Assembly (NCBI GenBank): GCA_963796055.1
Contig: CAWCKH010000004.1
Span: forward strand, 2,912,001 to 2,976,000
Length of the DNA: 64,000 nt
Source: an uncultured delta proteobacterium
Lineage (GTDB): Bacteria; Myxococcota; Myxococcia; Myxococcales; Myxococcaceae
Direction: 5' to 3'
Notes under the pieces: generated by a model
Told to the model about the DNA's origin: nothing
The model's input: the letters and a program-made list of their open reading frames with translations, nothing else
Database searches by the model: none
Shown here: positions 46,156-56,344 of the stretch, piece after piece
How positions within the stretch are numbered: the first letter of the stretch is position 1
How the letters are laid out: the number at the start of each line of letters is the position of its first letter
Position numbers and translations under genes: made by a program

Positions 46156-47626
46156 CGAGGTGCTGGACCTCCTCGGCGAGCGAACGGTCCGGGTTCACCG
46201 GGGTCACCTGCTCACACAGGAAGTCCAGAAGGGCAGACCCCGCCGCGGAGCTGGGCGCCGGGCCTCCGAGCGAAGCGGCCTGCCGGAGCCCAAGCGCGAG
46301 CGAGGCCTGGACCAGCGCGAGCCTCTCGCTCTGCCGGAGCGCCTCCAGGGCTGCCTGGGTGCCAAACGGAACGATGTCCTGATTGTGTCCGTTGGTCGGC
46401 AGGCTCTGTGTGCTGGCCGGCGCGGCGTAGCGTCGCATCGAGGCGACGATGGAGGTCGCGGCCAGGTTCACCCCTGCGAGCCCCGACTGCGCCCCGGGCT
46501 GCGCAGAGAGCATCGGCGAACGCCCGCCGTTCCGGTTCGGGTCCATCAAGAGATCCAGCTGGCGTTCGGCGAGATTGGCCAGCTGGGTCAGGGCGAGATT
46601 CAGGGAATCGCTCGCAAACGCCACCTGCTGCCCGAAGAAGTTCCCGCCGTGAACCACCTGTCCCTTGTCGGGGAAGAACACCGGATTGTCGCTCACTCCA
46701 TTGAGCTCCGCCGTCACCACGCGCTCGACGTGCCCCACGGTCTCCTCGACTGCTCCGACCAGCTGGGGCACACAGCGAAGGGTGTAAGCCTCTTGCAGTG
46801 GCCGGCCGGTCCCGGCGGTCGAGCCGCTCAGAAGTGCGGAGAGCGTTCTTGCCGTCGCGTGAGCGGACGCGTGGCCTGAGAGGCGCAGCAGCTCGGGCGA
46901 GGTGAACTCGCTGGATGCTCCCAGGAGCTCCACCAGGAGTCCGGTCAGCTCGAGCGCAAGCTCGACCGAGGCGCGCGCGGAGTTGACCGCGAGGCCGGCC
47001 GCTGCGGCGCTGAGCGAGGTCCCGTTGACCAGAGCGAGCGCATCCCGCCCGCGGAGACGCAAGGGACGGAGGCCGGCCCGGTGGAGGGCGGTGGGCGCCG
47101 GAAGTCGCTCCCCGTCGCAAAAGGCCTCGCCCTCACCGCAGAGCGCTCCGATGGCGTGCGCCAGCGGAGCGAGATCCCCGCTGGCTCCGACCGACCCCCA
47201 CTCTGGAACCGCCGGAGCGAAGCTCGTGCCGAGTGAGGCCGCGAGGAGATCGAGCACCTCGGGGCTGATCCCGGAATGGCCCTTGGCCAGGGTCCAGAGC
47301 CGGGCGAGAAGCATTGCCCTGACCACGCGTGGAGCAAGAAGCTCTCCCTGTCCCGCGCGCAGATGGTTGAGCAGCCCGAGCCCGTGCGTCTCGAGGTCGG
47401 CGGCCGCTCCGTGGGTCACCAGGGGTCCGAAGCCCGTGGACATTCCATACACGGGCCGTCCGCTGACGATGAGTGCACGGACGAACTCGGCGCAGCGGAT
47501 GACCGCGGACCGGGCAGCATCGGAGAGGGCGACGCCCAGCGGCCGTTCTGCCGCTTCGAGATCCACCGGAGCAAGGACGCGCTCGGCGTCCACGACCAGG
47601 TTGAGGGAGGGGCTCGGAGAGGTCAC
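46076..47626 (-). CDS. Aromatic amino acid ammonia-lyase (MIO enzyme), tyrosine ammonia-lyase-like
   Basis: VYGMSTGFG, GSVGASGDL (MIO Ala-Ser-Gly), LVNGT, QEAYTLRC, DNP, HGGNF, NQD; GTGA coupling at 47623-47626. Confidence 0.92.
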   Translation of the reverse strand: MTSPSPSLNLVVDAERVLAPVDLEAAERPLGVALSDAARSAVIRCAEFVRALIVSGRPVYGMSTGFGPLVTHGAAADLETHGLGLLNHLRAGQGELLAPRVVRAMLLARLWTLAKGHSGISPEVLDLLAASLGTSFAPAVPEWGSVGASGDLAPLAHAIGALCGEGEAFCDGERLPAPTALHRAGLRPLRLRGRDALALVNGTSLSAAAAGLAVNSARASVELALELTGLLVELLGASSEFTSPELLRLSGHASAHATARTLSALLSGSTAGTGRPLQEAYTLRCVPQLVGAVEETVGHVERVVTAELNGVSDNPVFFPDKGQVVHGGNFFGQQVAFASDSLNLALTQLANLAERQLDLLMDPNRNGGRSPMLSAQPGAQSGLAGVNLAATSIVASMRRYAAPASTQSLPTNGHNQDIVPFGTQAALEALRQSERLALVQASLALGLRQAASLGGPAPSSAAGSALLDFLCEQVTPVNPDRSLAEEVQHLARQLPRWRTASATPAAEATRPRNRRS

Positions 47627-48933
47627 GAGGATTGGAAGAGTTCCTCGGCGCGCCGGCGTGACACCTTCCCAGAAGGAGTCGTGCACGCGACCCAGAAGCT
47701 CTCGGGCATGGTCCGCGGCGGTCGGTGAGGAACGGGCAGGTGGAAGTCGGGTGGAATGTCTCCGCGGACCAGGGGCTGGACCATCGATTGTCCTGTCCCG
47801 ATGAGAAGGACTCGGTCACCGAAGGATAGCTCCAAAGGAACGGGGTTCACCATGCGCCCGTTGTCGAGCTTGAAGCGCTCGTCGGAGCGGCCCTGGAAGA
47901 CGAAGCCGCCGTCATCCGTCGGGATCGCCAGGTCACCCGTCGCGAGCCAGCCCTGTGCATTCACCACCGGTCTCACGCTTCCCTCGGAGAGCTGGCCCAG
48001 GGCGGTGTTCTTCCCGCGGACCAGCAGCTCCGTTTCACCGTCATCGTCGGGCGCTCCGAGCATCACCTCGCACCCCAGTGGTCGACCGAGGAAGTCGTCG
48101 CACTCCCACTCTCCGGGCCTGCCGAGGGTCACTCCCGGTGAGCATTCGGTCTGGCCGTAGCCTACGCACAGCCTGGTGCGCTTCAGCCTCTCTCGCAGCA
48201 GCCCTCTGACGGGAGCGCCACCAACAATCCCTCCGTGAAGAGAGGTCAGAACTGGATCCGGAATGACAGACAGCGTCCGGGGGACGCCAAAGAGGACCTC
48301 CGGACGGTCGGCGGTCAGAATCTCATGGAACGATGCGGGGGGAACCGAGCGCAGACGGGCCCCGTTCAATACGCCCATCAGGAATTCGAGCGTGAACCCG
48401 AACGCGTGCGTCCAGGGGAGACAGCCCAGGATCCGGGTCCCCTTGGGATAGCCGAGCGCAGCGTGGTGGCTGTCCACGACGCTCAAGAGGCCGCGCTCGC
48501 CGAGCGCAATCGCTCGTGCACCTCCCGATGTTCCGCTGGTGAAGAGGACGAGGGTTGGCCACGGGCCACCTGGCTGGCGGTTCGGCCGTCGGCGAACGAG
48601 GGATCCGCCCGCCGAGAGGACCCCGGTCGCGTCCGCCGCCCTGACCCTGTCGTGGAGCGCGGATGGTGCGAGACACGGATTGATCGCAGCGAACGTGACC
48701 CCGAGTCGAACACAGGCGATGAAGGAGGCGGCGAACTCCGGGCCATTGGGGAGGGCCACGGCGAGGACTTCGCCTGGACCGAAATCGCCGGCACGGAGTC
48801 GGGAGACAAATTCTTCGGCCAGCGCGCGGGGATCTCCTGGCGCTCGACCAGCGGAGTCGAACACGTCCAGCCGCACGACGGCGTCCAACCTCGAGTTGAG
48901 CTGCGAAGCCAAGGGTGTGGAAGAGTCAGTCAT
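47623..48933 (-). CDS. AMP-dependent acyl-CoA/ACP ligase (4-coumarate:CoA ligase-like)
   Basis: LFTSGTSG, LPWTHAFG, GYGQTEC, WLATGDL, FQGR. Confidence 0.88.
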   Translation of the reverse strand: MTDSSTPLASQLNSRLDAVVRLDVFDSAGRAPGDPRALAEEFVSRLRAGDFGPGEVLAVALPNGPEFAASFIACVRLGVTFAAINPCLAPSALHDRVRAADATGVLSAGGSLVRRRPNRQPGGPWPTLVLFTSGTSGGARAIALGERGLLSVVDSHHAALGYPKGTRILGCLPWTHAFGFTLEFLMGVLNGARLRSVPPASFHEILTADRPEVLFGVPRTLSVIPDPVLTSLHGGIVGGAPVRGLLRERLKRTRLCVGYGQTECSPGVTLGRPGEWECDDFLGRPLGCEVMLGAPDDDGETELLVRGKNTALGQLSEGSVRPVVNAQGWLATGDLAIPTDDGGFVFQGRSDERFKLDNGRMVNPVPLELSFGDRVLLIGTGQSMVQPLVRGDIPPDFHLPVPHRPPRTMPESFWVACTTPSGKVSRRRAEELFQSS

Positions 48934-49117
48934 TCGCTCGCGATGCTGTCTTTGATTCGACCGGGCTGAGAAGAGACAGCCTACTTCGGCTCGGCCGAGG
49001 ACGCCGCCCGGCATCTTCTCCTGGGCCCGACCGGCAATCAGCTCGACCACGCCCTTGGCCTCTCGGGCAAGCGCGTGCGCAAGAACCGTCATATGATTGC
49101 TTCTCGAGGAAGCATTC

Positions 49118-49459
49118 ATGATGAAGCTGCTCTGTGCCGTGCTGCTGATCACCGGAACCGATGTCTTCGCTGAGGATACGATGAAGAGTGCGGGCGCAGA
49201 CATCGACAAGGCGGCTCATGCCACCAAAGGGGTCGTGAAGAAGGCGGCAAGGGACATCGCAGACGGAAGCAAGAAAGCGGCGAGCGAGACCGCAGACGGG
49301 AGCAAGAAGGTGGTGAGCGACGTCTCCACCGCCACCAAGAAGGCCGGCTCGGGCGGCGCGGACGCGAGCGAGAAGGCCGCGCATGCGACCACGAAGGCGG
49401 CCTCGAAGACCGAGGATGCTGCGAAGAAGGCGGCGAGCGACGTGTCGCCCGAGAAGTAA
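49118..49459 (+). CDS. Secreted low-complexity Ala/Lys-rich (LEA-like) protein
   Basis: GAGGA RBS; signal peptide; 11-mer repeats ADGSKKAASET/ADGSKKVVSDV. Confidence 0.8.
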   Translation: MMKLLCAVLLITGTDVFAEDTMKSAGADIDKAAHATKGVVKKAARDIADGSKKAASETADGSKKVVSDVSTATKKAGSGGADASEKAAHATTKAASKTEDAAKKAASDVSPEK

Positions 49460-49536
49460 CCTGCGGCTCCGATCCTGCCCGGCCCTGGGAGTTGCGCCCG
49501 ACATCAGCGGTGACCTGCTCCTGCTTCTCGGCGGCT

Positions 49537-52500
49537 TCAGTCCGAGAACGCGGCGGGCGCCGCGGGCGCCCAGCACGAGAGTTCGGCCACGGCCTGGGCG
49601 AGGTCATCGATGTCGACGGGCTTCGTGAGGTAATTCTGGAACCCGGCGGCGAGTGCGTGTCGCCGGTCTCCGACCCTGGCCAGCGCCGTGAGGGCGACGG
49701 CAGGAACATCGCCTCCTCGCTCCGCGCCCAGGGCTCTCACCCGGCGAATCAGCGAGTACCCGTCCTCTCCGGGCATCGCGATGTCGCACACGAGGACCTC
49801 CGGACGAAACTCCTCGAGGGTCAGCAGGGCGTCGCTGGCGGAACCGGACGCTCGAACCTCCGCTCCCATCACGCTCAGCATCTCGACCACCGCCTCACGG
49901 CTTCCCGGATCGTCCTCGACCACCAGGACTCGCACGCCGCGCAACACGTCTCTCGACCTGGCCCTAGTGGACCCAGACTTCGACGCTGGGTTTCCGGAGG
50001 AGGTCGATGCGCCCTCGGCTGCGTCGGACGCGGCGTCCCTGATCGGAAGGAAGACCGAAAAGGTCGAACCTTTTCCCTTGCCCCCGCTCTCACCGCACAC
50101 GGTCCCACCGTGCGCCTCGACGAGATCGCGGACGATGGCCAGTCCCAGACCGAGCCCGCCGTGCTTCCGGACGGTCGTTCCATCTTCCTGGGCGAATCGC
50201 CGGAAGACGTGCGGGAGGAACTCGGGCTCGATCCCGACCCCGGTGTCCCCGACCCGAAGGCGGGCGTGTCCGTCATGCCTGTCCAGGAGAACCGTCACCT
50301 TCTCGTTCTCGAAGCTGAACTTGACGGCATTGGCCAGCAGATTGGTCACCACCTGCTGGAGGCGCGTCTGGTCGCCCGAGACGGGCCCGACGGTCTCATC
50401 GAGCACGACGTGGAAGGTCACCGCCTTCGCCTCGGCGACTCCTGCGACCCCCTCCACCGCCGCCCGGACGACCGCGCAGAGGTCGACGGGCCCCTGGTCG
50501 AGCTTGAGCTTGCCACTCACGATGCGCGAGACGTCGAGGAGGTCGTCGACGAGCCTGACCTGCATCCTCGTGCCCCGCTCGATGGCGTCGGCCGCACGCT
50601 TGATCTTCACCGGGTCAAGGCTTCCCCGTCCCAGCAGCTGGGCATGCATCAACATCGAGGAAAGCGGCGTCCGGATCTCGTGCGACAGCGTCGCGAGGAA
50701 CTCGTCCTTCGCCAGATTGGCTCGCTCGGCCTCGCCCCGTGCCCGCTCGGCCTCGTTGACGTGGTGCTTCAGCGCGTCGATGTCGATCAGCGACAGCGTG
50801 GCGCCGTCGATCTTGTTCTCGATCGTCTTGTAGGGCCGGATCTGCATGCGGTACCAGCGTCCGCTCCTGTCCTGCACCTCGGACTCGTGCATCTGGTTGG
50901 TCTCGATGACCTCGGAGATCTGCTCGTCCAGGTTGTCCAGCCGGAGATTCGACTTGATGTCCTCCAGCGGCCGCCCGAGATCCGTGGGGAGGACGTTCAG
51001 GATGGTCCGCGCCTTTGGCGTGAAGCGCCGGATCCGGCGTTCCCGGTCAAGGATCAGGATCGGCACGTCGACGGTGGCGAGGATGTTCATCAGATCGCTA
51101 TTGATCTCCCGGACCTCCTGATTCCGGGTGTTGAGCTCATCGTTGACGGTCGTCAGCTCCTCGTTGGTCGACTGGAGCTCTTCCTTGGCCGTCTCCAGCT
51201 CCTCGTTCATGCTCTGGAGCTCTTCGTTGCCCGAGACCAGCTCCTCGTTGGCCGCGTTGAGATCGTCGTTGGTGCGTTCTCGCTCGTCGATGAGCGAGTG
51301 CAGGTACTGCTGGGTCGCCTCCAGCTCGCTTTCGAGCTTGAGGACCCGGTGTCGCCCCGCGCCGACCGTCGAGCGGCGGGACGTCCTCTGCAGCTTCGAC
51401 GCGCTCGGCCGTCCGGCGATCTCCTCGAACAGAACGGCGAAGAGCTGCTCCTTGGCCTCGGGCGGTACCGCGAAGGGCACGACGACGACGTCACAGGTGC
51501 CGGGGGCCGCGCCGCGCTCGACTTCGACCTCGACTCCCTTGGTCCTGACCGGCTCCCGCCCCCGCTTCGCTTTCGCGATGGTCGTGCGCAGCGCGCTCAG
51601 CAACCCCCCCCGCGCCATCTTCAGGAGGTTGTGCTGAGGGTCGCCGGGCGGGTCCTGGAGATACCGCCCCGTGTTGCCGACGAACTGGAGGATCTGCATC
51701 CTCTCGTCGACGAGAACGCCAGGCGGCGCGTAGCGCGTCAGGAGCAGCCGATCGAGGTGCCTGGCCACGTCGACGGCGCGCACGGGAGGCGTTGTGCCGG
51801 GGGAGGCGTTCGTTCGGGAGGTGACCGGATGCACCTCGGTCCGGGGAGCGAAGTGGAGCGTGCTCACCGCCGTGGTCCGGACGAAGATCTTGTTGTTCTT
51901 GTCGATCGGGGAGAAGTGCTGTCTGAAGCCGGGGAGGCTCTCCGCGCGGCCGAGGAGAAGGAACCCACCCTGCCGCAAGGCGTAGTGCAAGGTCGGCAGG
52001 ACCCGACGCTGGAGCGCTTGTCCGAAGTAGATGAGTACGTTCCGGCAGGACACGAGATCGAGCTTCGAGAACGGCGGGTCCCGGGCGAGATCGTGCCGGA
52101 CGAAGACGCACAGCTCTCGGACGTTCTTGTTGATGCGATACCCCGACTCGACCTTGGTGAAGAAGCGCCGGCGCCGCTCCTCGCTGACGTCGCGCATGAC
52201 CGCATCGGAGTAGGCGCCCTTGCGGGCGCTCTGGACGGCGCGCTCGCTGATGTCCGAGCCGAAGATCTGGATGGGATGGTGTCGGGCCGAGTCGTCCAGG
52301 AACTCGAGCAGAGCGATGGCGAGCGAGTAGAGCTCTTCCCCGGTCGAGCACCCGGCGACCCAGAGGCGGATGGGGTCTCCGGGCGCTTTGGTCTTCAGGA
52401 TGTCCGGAAAGACCGCGGACTTCAGACTCTCGAAGACGTCTGGATCCCGAAAGAACGAGGTGACATGGATGAGAACCTCCTCGTATAGACGACCGGCTTC

Positions 52501-53328
52501 CTCGGGGTGGTCGCGGAGCAGCGCGAGGTAGTCGCGCAGATTCTCGATCCGCAGCAAGGCCATCCGGCGCGCGAGCCGCCGCTGGAGCGACGAAGCCTTG
52601 TACTCGCCGAAGTCGACGCCGAGCGCGCTCCGCACCAGGCCGAAGATCTCGTTGACGGCGTTGTCGTCGCTGGCAGATGGCCTTGAGGCCGCCCCCGAAA
52701 GGTACGGATGGCGGCTCAGGCGATGGAGCTCACGCGCGATCTCGGGGACTGGTGAGACGTAGTCGACGACGCCCGCTTCGATGGCGCTGCGCGGCATGCC
52801 ATCGAACTTCGCCGACTTGGGATCCTGCGCGAAGGTGATCCCGTCTTCCCGCTTGATGGCCCTCAACCCTTCGGTGCCGTCCGAGCCCGTCCCGGAGAGT
52901 ACGACACCAATCGCCTGCTTCCCCAGCTCCTCCGCGAGAGACGCGAGGAAGTAGTCCACGGGCAGGTGTAGTTTGCGCGCTTCGGTCTTCCGGGTCACGA
53001 GCCTCAGGACGCCGGACCGGATTGCGACGTCGGCGTCCGGAGGGATGACGTAGACGCGGTCGGGAACGACGCGCTCGCCGTCCTTGGCCTGCCCGACCAC
53101 CATCTTCGTCGCCCTGGCCAGGGCATCGGCCAGGAAACTGGGATGTGTCGGGTCGAGATGCTGGATGACCACGAACGCCATTCCCGTGTCGGACGGCAGC
53201 TCCGCGAGGAGCTGCGTCAAGGCTTCGAGCCCCCCGGCAGAGGCGCCCACGCCGACGACGGGAAACGGCACGTTCGGACGGATGGAGGTCGACTTCCTCT
53301 GCGCCCGCGCTCGGGTCTTCGTCATCAC
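49537..53328 (-). CDS. CheB/CheR fusion with PAS, histidine kinase and receiver domains
   Basis: GASAGG/IQHL/GTGSDG (CheB); VTSFFRD, GCSTGEE, SCRNVLIY (CheR); NEELQS coiled coil; SHEIRTPL, NAVKF, GLGLGLAI (HK); VEDD, CDIAMP (REC). Confidence 0.95.
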   Translation of the reverse strand: MMTKTRARAQRKSTSIRPNVPFPVVGVGASAGGLEALTQLLAELPSDTGMAFVVIQHLDPTHPSFLADALARATKMVVGQAKDGERVVPDRVYVIPPDADVAIRSGVLRLVTRKTEARKLHLPVDYFLASLAEELGKQAIGVVLSGTGSDGTEGLRAIKREDGITFAQDPKSAKFDGMPRSAIEAGVVDYVSPVPEIARELHRLSRHPYLSGAASRPSASDDNAVNEIFGLVRSALGVDFGEYKASSLQRRLARRMALLRIENLRDYLALLRDHPEEAGRLYEEVLIHVTSFFRDPDVFESLKSAVFPDILKTKAPGDPIRLWVAGCSTGEELYSLAIALLEFLDDSARHHPIQIFGSDISERAVQSARKGAYSDAVMRDVSEERRRRFFTKVESGYRINKNVRELCVFVRHDLARDPPFSKLDLVSCRNVLIYFGQALQRRVLPTLHYALRQGGFLLLGRAESLPGFRQHFSPIDKNNKIFVRTTAVSTLHFAPRTEVHPVTSRTNASPGTTPPVRAVDVARHLDRLLLTRYAPPGVLVDERMQILQFVGNTGRYLQDPPGDPQHNLLKMARGGLLSALRTTIAKAKRGREPVRTKGVEVEVERGAAPGTCDVVVVPFAVPPEAKEQLFAVLFEEIAGRPSASKLQRTSRRSTVGAGRHRVLKLESELEATQQYLHSLIDERERTNDDLNAANEELVSGNEELQSMNEELETAKEELQSTNEELTTVNDELNTRNQEVREINSDLMNILATVDVPILILDRERRIRRFTPKARTILNVLPTDLGRPLEDIKSNLRLDNLDEQISEVIETNQMHESEVQDRSGRWYRMQIRPYKTIENKIDGATLSLIDIDALKHHVNEAERARGEAERANLAKDEFLATLSHEIRTPLSSMLMHAQLLGRGSLDPVKIKRAADAIERGTRMQVRLVDDLLDVSRIVSGKLKLDQGPVDLCAVVRAAVEGVAGVAEAKAVTFHVVLDETVGPVSGDQTRLQQVVTNLLANAVKFSFENEKVTVLLDRHDGHARLRVGDTGVGIEPEFLPHVFRRFAQEDGTTVRKHGGLGLGLAIVRDLVEAHGGTVCGESGGKGKGSTFSVFLPIRDAASDAAEGASTSSGNPASKSGSTRARSRDVLRGVRVLVVEDDPGSREAVVEMLSVMGAEVRASGSASDALLTLEEFRPEVLVCDIAMPGEDGYSLIRRVRALGAERGGDVPAVALTALARVGDRRHALAAGFQNYLTKPVDIDDLAQAVAELSCWAPAAPAAFSD

Positions 53329-53858
53329 ACCCTCCGAGCCACGCCCCTGCGCCGGCCAGTCGAGCCGCCAAGGGGACGTCCACTGCGATGGGCTGTGTGT
53401 GACGACCAGAGTCCAGCGACCGAGACGGCCCCGAGGGGACGTTCCACACGCTTGTCGAGCTTTTATGGCCGTGGAGTCAATCGGAACGACCGGAATCGAC
53501 GGAATTCCAGCGAGGACGAATTCTCTTCCCGAGGTGGCCCAGTGATGCGGGGTGGCGAACGTTCCAGGACGCTCGTCTCATTCTCTGGCTCCGAACGCAG
53601 CGTGAGCGTTGCGTCCGGCTCCGCGGCGAGTGGCCCTCCTCGCGAGCGTCACTCCAAGACTCGAGGCTCGTGAGAAGATGCAAGGTGGATCGCTGCTGAG
53701 CGAACCCGCGAGGTGGCGCCTCTCTCGATCCCGTTCGTCCTCACGGTGGCAGCGAACTCGGTCGGCGTTCAGCGCGGGCCGGGATGGCGTCAGCCTTCGC
53801 GGCCTTCTTGTCGGCCTGTCCTGCGCCTTGTACGTCTTTCTGGCGCGCGCCCCACGAA

Positions 53859-54164
53859 CTAGACGCTGGGCGACTTTCCCGGGCGAAACTGGCCAGCTGC
53901 TTCGGGTGACATCGACGGGGAGGGCGAAGCGGATGGCGGGGGGTGGAGCACTTTGTCCACGCGGCGCGCGAGACCCTGCCGCCGCTCGGCCCCCGACGTT
54001 TTCGTGAAGAGCAGCGCGACCACGGCGCCCACCATGGCGCCGAACACCAGGCCACCGACCGCGGGGGCGACCCAGTCCGCAGTTCGCTTACGCTGAACCC
54101 CGAGGGCGCCAAGGATGGTGTCTGCGTCGAGGTTCTTGAGATCGTTCAGGTGAGACATGACCAT
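53859..54164 (-). CDS. YtxH-like membrane protein
   Basis: GAMVGAVVALLFTKTSGAERR matches the YtxH GxxxGAxxALLxAPxSGxExR pattern; GAGGAG RBS. Confidence 0.78.
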   Translation of the reverse strand: MVMSHLNDLKNLDADTILGALGVQRKRTADWVAPAVGGLVFGAMVGAVVALLFTKTSGAERRQGLARRVDKVLHPPPSASPSPSMSPEAAGQFRPGKSPSV

Positions 54165-54298
54165 CGCTCCTCTTGTTGGGCCGCGAGCCGGGAACTCCGT
54201 TCCACACGGACTCGACATCGGGCCTCCTCCCTACCGGCCTCGTCTGCTCCAGTAGTAGCCACCGCCCCCGCCGAACCCGGGGGTGGTGTTGTCTGTCG

Positions 54299-54520
54299 CT
54301 ATTTCTTCGCGGATTCCTTGATGGCCTCCGTTGTGTCCTTCACCGCGTTCTTCACGTCCTCCGTCGTATCCTTCACCGCGTTCTTCACGTCCTTGACGGT
54401 ACGTTCGACTTGGCCCTTGACCTGGTCCCTCTCGCCCTCTCGCTTGAGCCCCTTGTTGCCCGTCACGTCACCTACGACTTCCTTGATGATGCCTTTGGCC
54501 TTGTCAGTGAACTCGCCCAT
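54299..54520 (-). CDS. CsbD-family general stress protein
   Basis: DKAKGIIKEVVGDVTGN...EGERDQVKG; AGGAG RBS. Confidence 0.92.
   Translation of the reverse strand: MGEFTDKAKGIIKEVVGDVTGNKGLKREGERDQVKGQVERTVKDVKNAVKDTTEDVKNAVKDTTEAIKESAKK
54325..54390 (-). repeat. 33-bp tandem repeat inside csbD encoding DVKNAVKDTTE
   Basis: cctccgt(t/c)gt(g/a)tccttcaccgcgttcttcacgt twice. Confidence 0.9.
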
Positions 54521-54576
54521 TTTCGTCTCCTACGCTGGTCCAGAGGCCCACGGTGATGCGAGCCGAGAGGCAGGCA

Positions 54577-54592
54577 GGCACGATGTGTGCCG
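54577..54592 (-). promoter_or_regulatory. Possible sigma54 promoter upstream of csbD
   Basis: CGGCACACATCGTGCC (GG-N10-GC) about 57 bp upstream; the same site also reads GG-N10-GC on the plus strand. Confidence 0.4.
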
Positions 54593-55216
54593 TCCGTCAC
54601 CCAAATTCGGGAAGGGGAGGCACACAGGCCGGAAGGCGGCCTCTGTAGGTCGTAGGAGAGTCGCGTTCGACGCATCACTTGCGGGCGCGGCGCATTGATT
54701 GCGCCGGGCGTCATTGTCTCCTCTCCTCGGCTCGACGCCGAGGAAGCCGTGGCGCTCGGTCACGGTTTCCACCTCGAGCAGCTCGCAGCGAGGCGACGGA
54801 GGAAGGCCACGGGCTCCTGGACGAGATGCGGCTCTCCCGACGGAGACGCTCGCGCGACTTCGTCGCCGAAGAGGGCCACTTGATGGGGCGGCTCGGCACG
54901 GTCGACGCTCACCTCGAGGGGCCGCCCGAAGGACGTCCGCTCGAGGTCGGTCGCCCTGGCCGCCCTCCCGGCGGACGTTCGACGTTCCGGCGTTCCCCCG
55001 TTCCGGCGCAAGCAGCAGCCGGTCCTCCGCCGCGGCCCGGGTCAGCGGCTCGAGTCCGGCTCACGTCCATGCCCTTGGAATCGCTCGCGTGGGGACGGAA
55101 GGCGCGCGTACGCCTCGCGCCATGCCTTGGCATGGCTACCCAGTCTCTTGCCAGAGCAACGTTACTCCGCTAGGGAGCCGGGCCTGACGAGAACTCCTCA
55201 CCGCCGGAGGTTCATC

Positions 55217-55819
55217 GTGAGATTCTGGGCGCCCGTTCTTCTGCCGCTCGCAGCTCTCGGTTGCGCAGCCTCACTCAACGAAGGCGCGTCGTTTCCCCCC
55301 AAGTACTATGCCTCGGGCCCCCTGCCGCGGACCGTCCCAGCTTGCGCTGGACCGATCGCGGTGACGGTGGCGGACGGTCGGGACAACCCCAGTGAGGCGG
55401 GTCGACGCTTCGAGGAACAGAAGCCGGCCACCGACTACCCCATCAAGATGACGGGGGACAACGCAGCCTTCGTGCAGAGCGCCCTCGAGGGCATTCTCAA
55501 GCGGGCCGGCAATCCCGGGCCCGGACCCACCGCGACCAAGCTCGCAGTCACGCTGGACGATCTGTATCTCGAAGAGAAGACCTACGTGAACGCCGAGTTC
55601 TCGGGCGGCGTGACACTCGAGGTCGTCGTCAGCGGGGCGAACTCTTCGACTCCCTGCTGGAAGGGCGAGATCACGGGCCAGGGGAACAACTACGGCAAGG
55701 TGGGGAGCACGGAAAGCTATCAGCAGACGGTGAACCGGGCTCTCGAGAACGCCGTCTTCAATATGTTCCGCCAGAAGAAGTTCCGGGAAGCGCTCTGCGG
55801 GAAGTGCGCCTCCTCCTGA
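55217..55819 (+). CDS. Lipoprotein (YajG-like)
   Basis: GGAGG then GTG; lipobox ALGC; IAVTVADGR...FVQSALEGIL alpha/beta pattern. Confidence 0.75.
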   Translation: MRFWAPVLLPLAALGCAASLNEGASFPPKYYASGPLPRTVPACAGPIAVTVADGRDNPSEAGRRFEEQKPATDYPIKMTGDNAAFVQSALEGILKRAGNPGPGPTATKLAVTLDDLYLEEKTYVNAEFSGGVTLEVVVSGANSSTPCWKGEITGQGNNYGKVGSTESYQQTVNRALENAVFNMFRQKKFREALCGKCASS

Positions 55820-55920
55820 ACCTCAGTGGTGAACCTGGAGGTCCGCGTCCTCCGCCTCAGGAATGCGTGGGCCGGGTGAGGTCAGGGAGCGTCGGGGTGT
55901 GCCCGGGCCGTCCTGATCCA

Positions 55921-56178
55921 AGCGTTGGCGGTTATGCGGCAGCACGCATGAAGCACTTGCCGACGAACGAATCGCTCGGCGTTGCGATCATCATGAACGC
56001 GCGCGGCGTTATGGAGATGGTGGTGGTGAGCATCGCTTATCGAGAGGGTCTAGTTGATCAGGAACTGTTTTCCGCGTTGCTGGTGGTTGGCATCGTCACG
56101 ACGGTGGTGACGCCGTCGATGCTCAAGCGTTGGCTTGCCAGGCCGTTCAACGCCAGAATTCGCGAGGCCGGCGAGTAG
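55921..56178 (+). pseudogene. C-terminal remnant of a cation:proton antiporter (CPA2/Kef-type)
   Basis: ESLGVAIIMNARGVMEMVV...GLVDQELFSALLVVGIVTTVVTP; N-terminal TM helices absent. Confidence 0.8.
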
Positions 56179-56344
56179 ATGTCTCCGCTCGAGCCCACTC
56201 CTCTTACTTCGCGGGGTCTCGGGGCGCAGCGAGTGGAGTGAGCGCTCTCAACGAGGGCCGGAGCAGGGGTCCGGTGGGGCTGGAGCGTCGCAGGACGTCA
56301 GGGACGCGCGATGTCCCCGCCGGCGGAGGCGTACACTTCTGCCG

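Noticed and set aside
46076..48933. Histidine utilisation (hutH) or photoactive yellow protein operon
   Set aside because: Residues fit TAL rather than HAL; no hut genes and no PYP-like ORF in the window
49492..52488. 998-aa plus-strand ORF
   Set aside because: Antisense shadow of the CheB/CheR kinase
53741..54112. Frameshift at the G6 run in the YtxH-like gene
   Set aside because: The annotated frame ends in a plausible C-terminus, and there is no evidence that the other frame is coding
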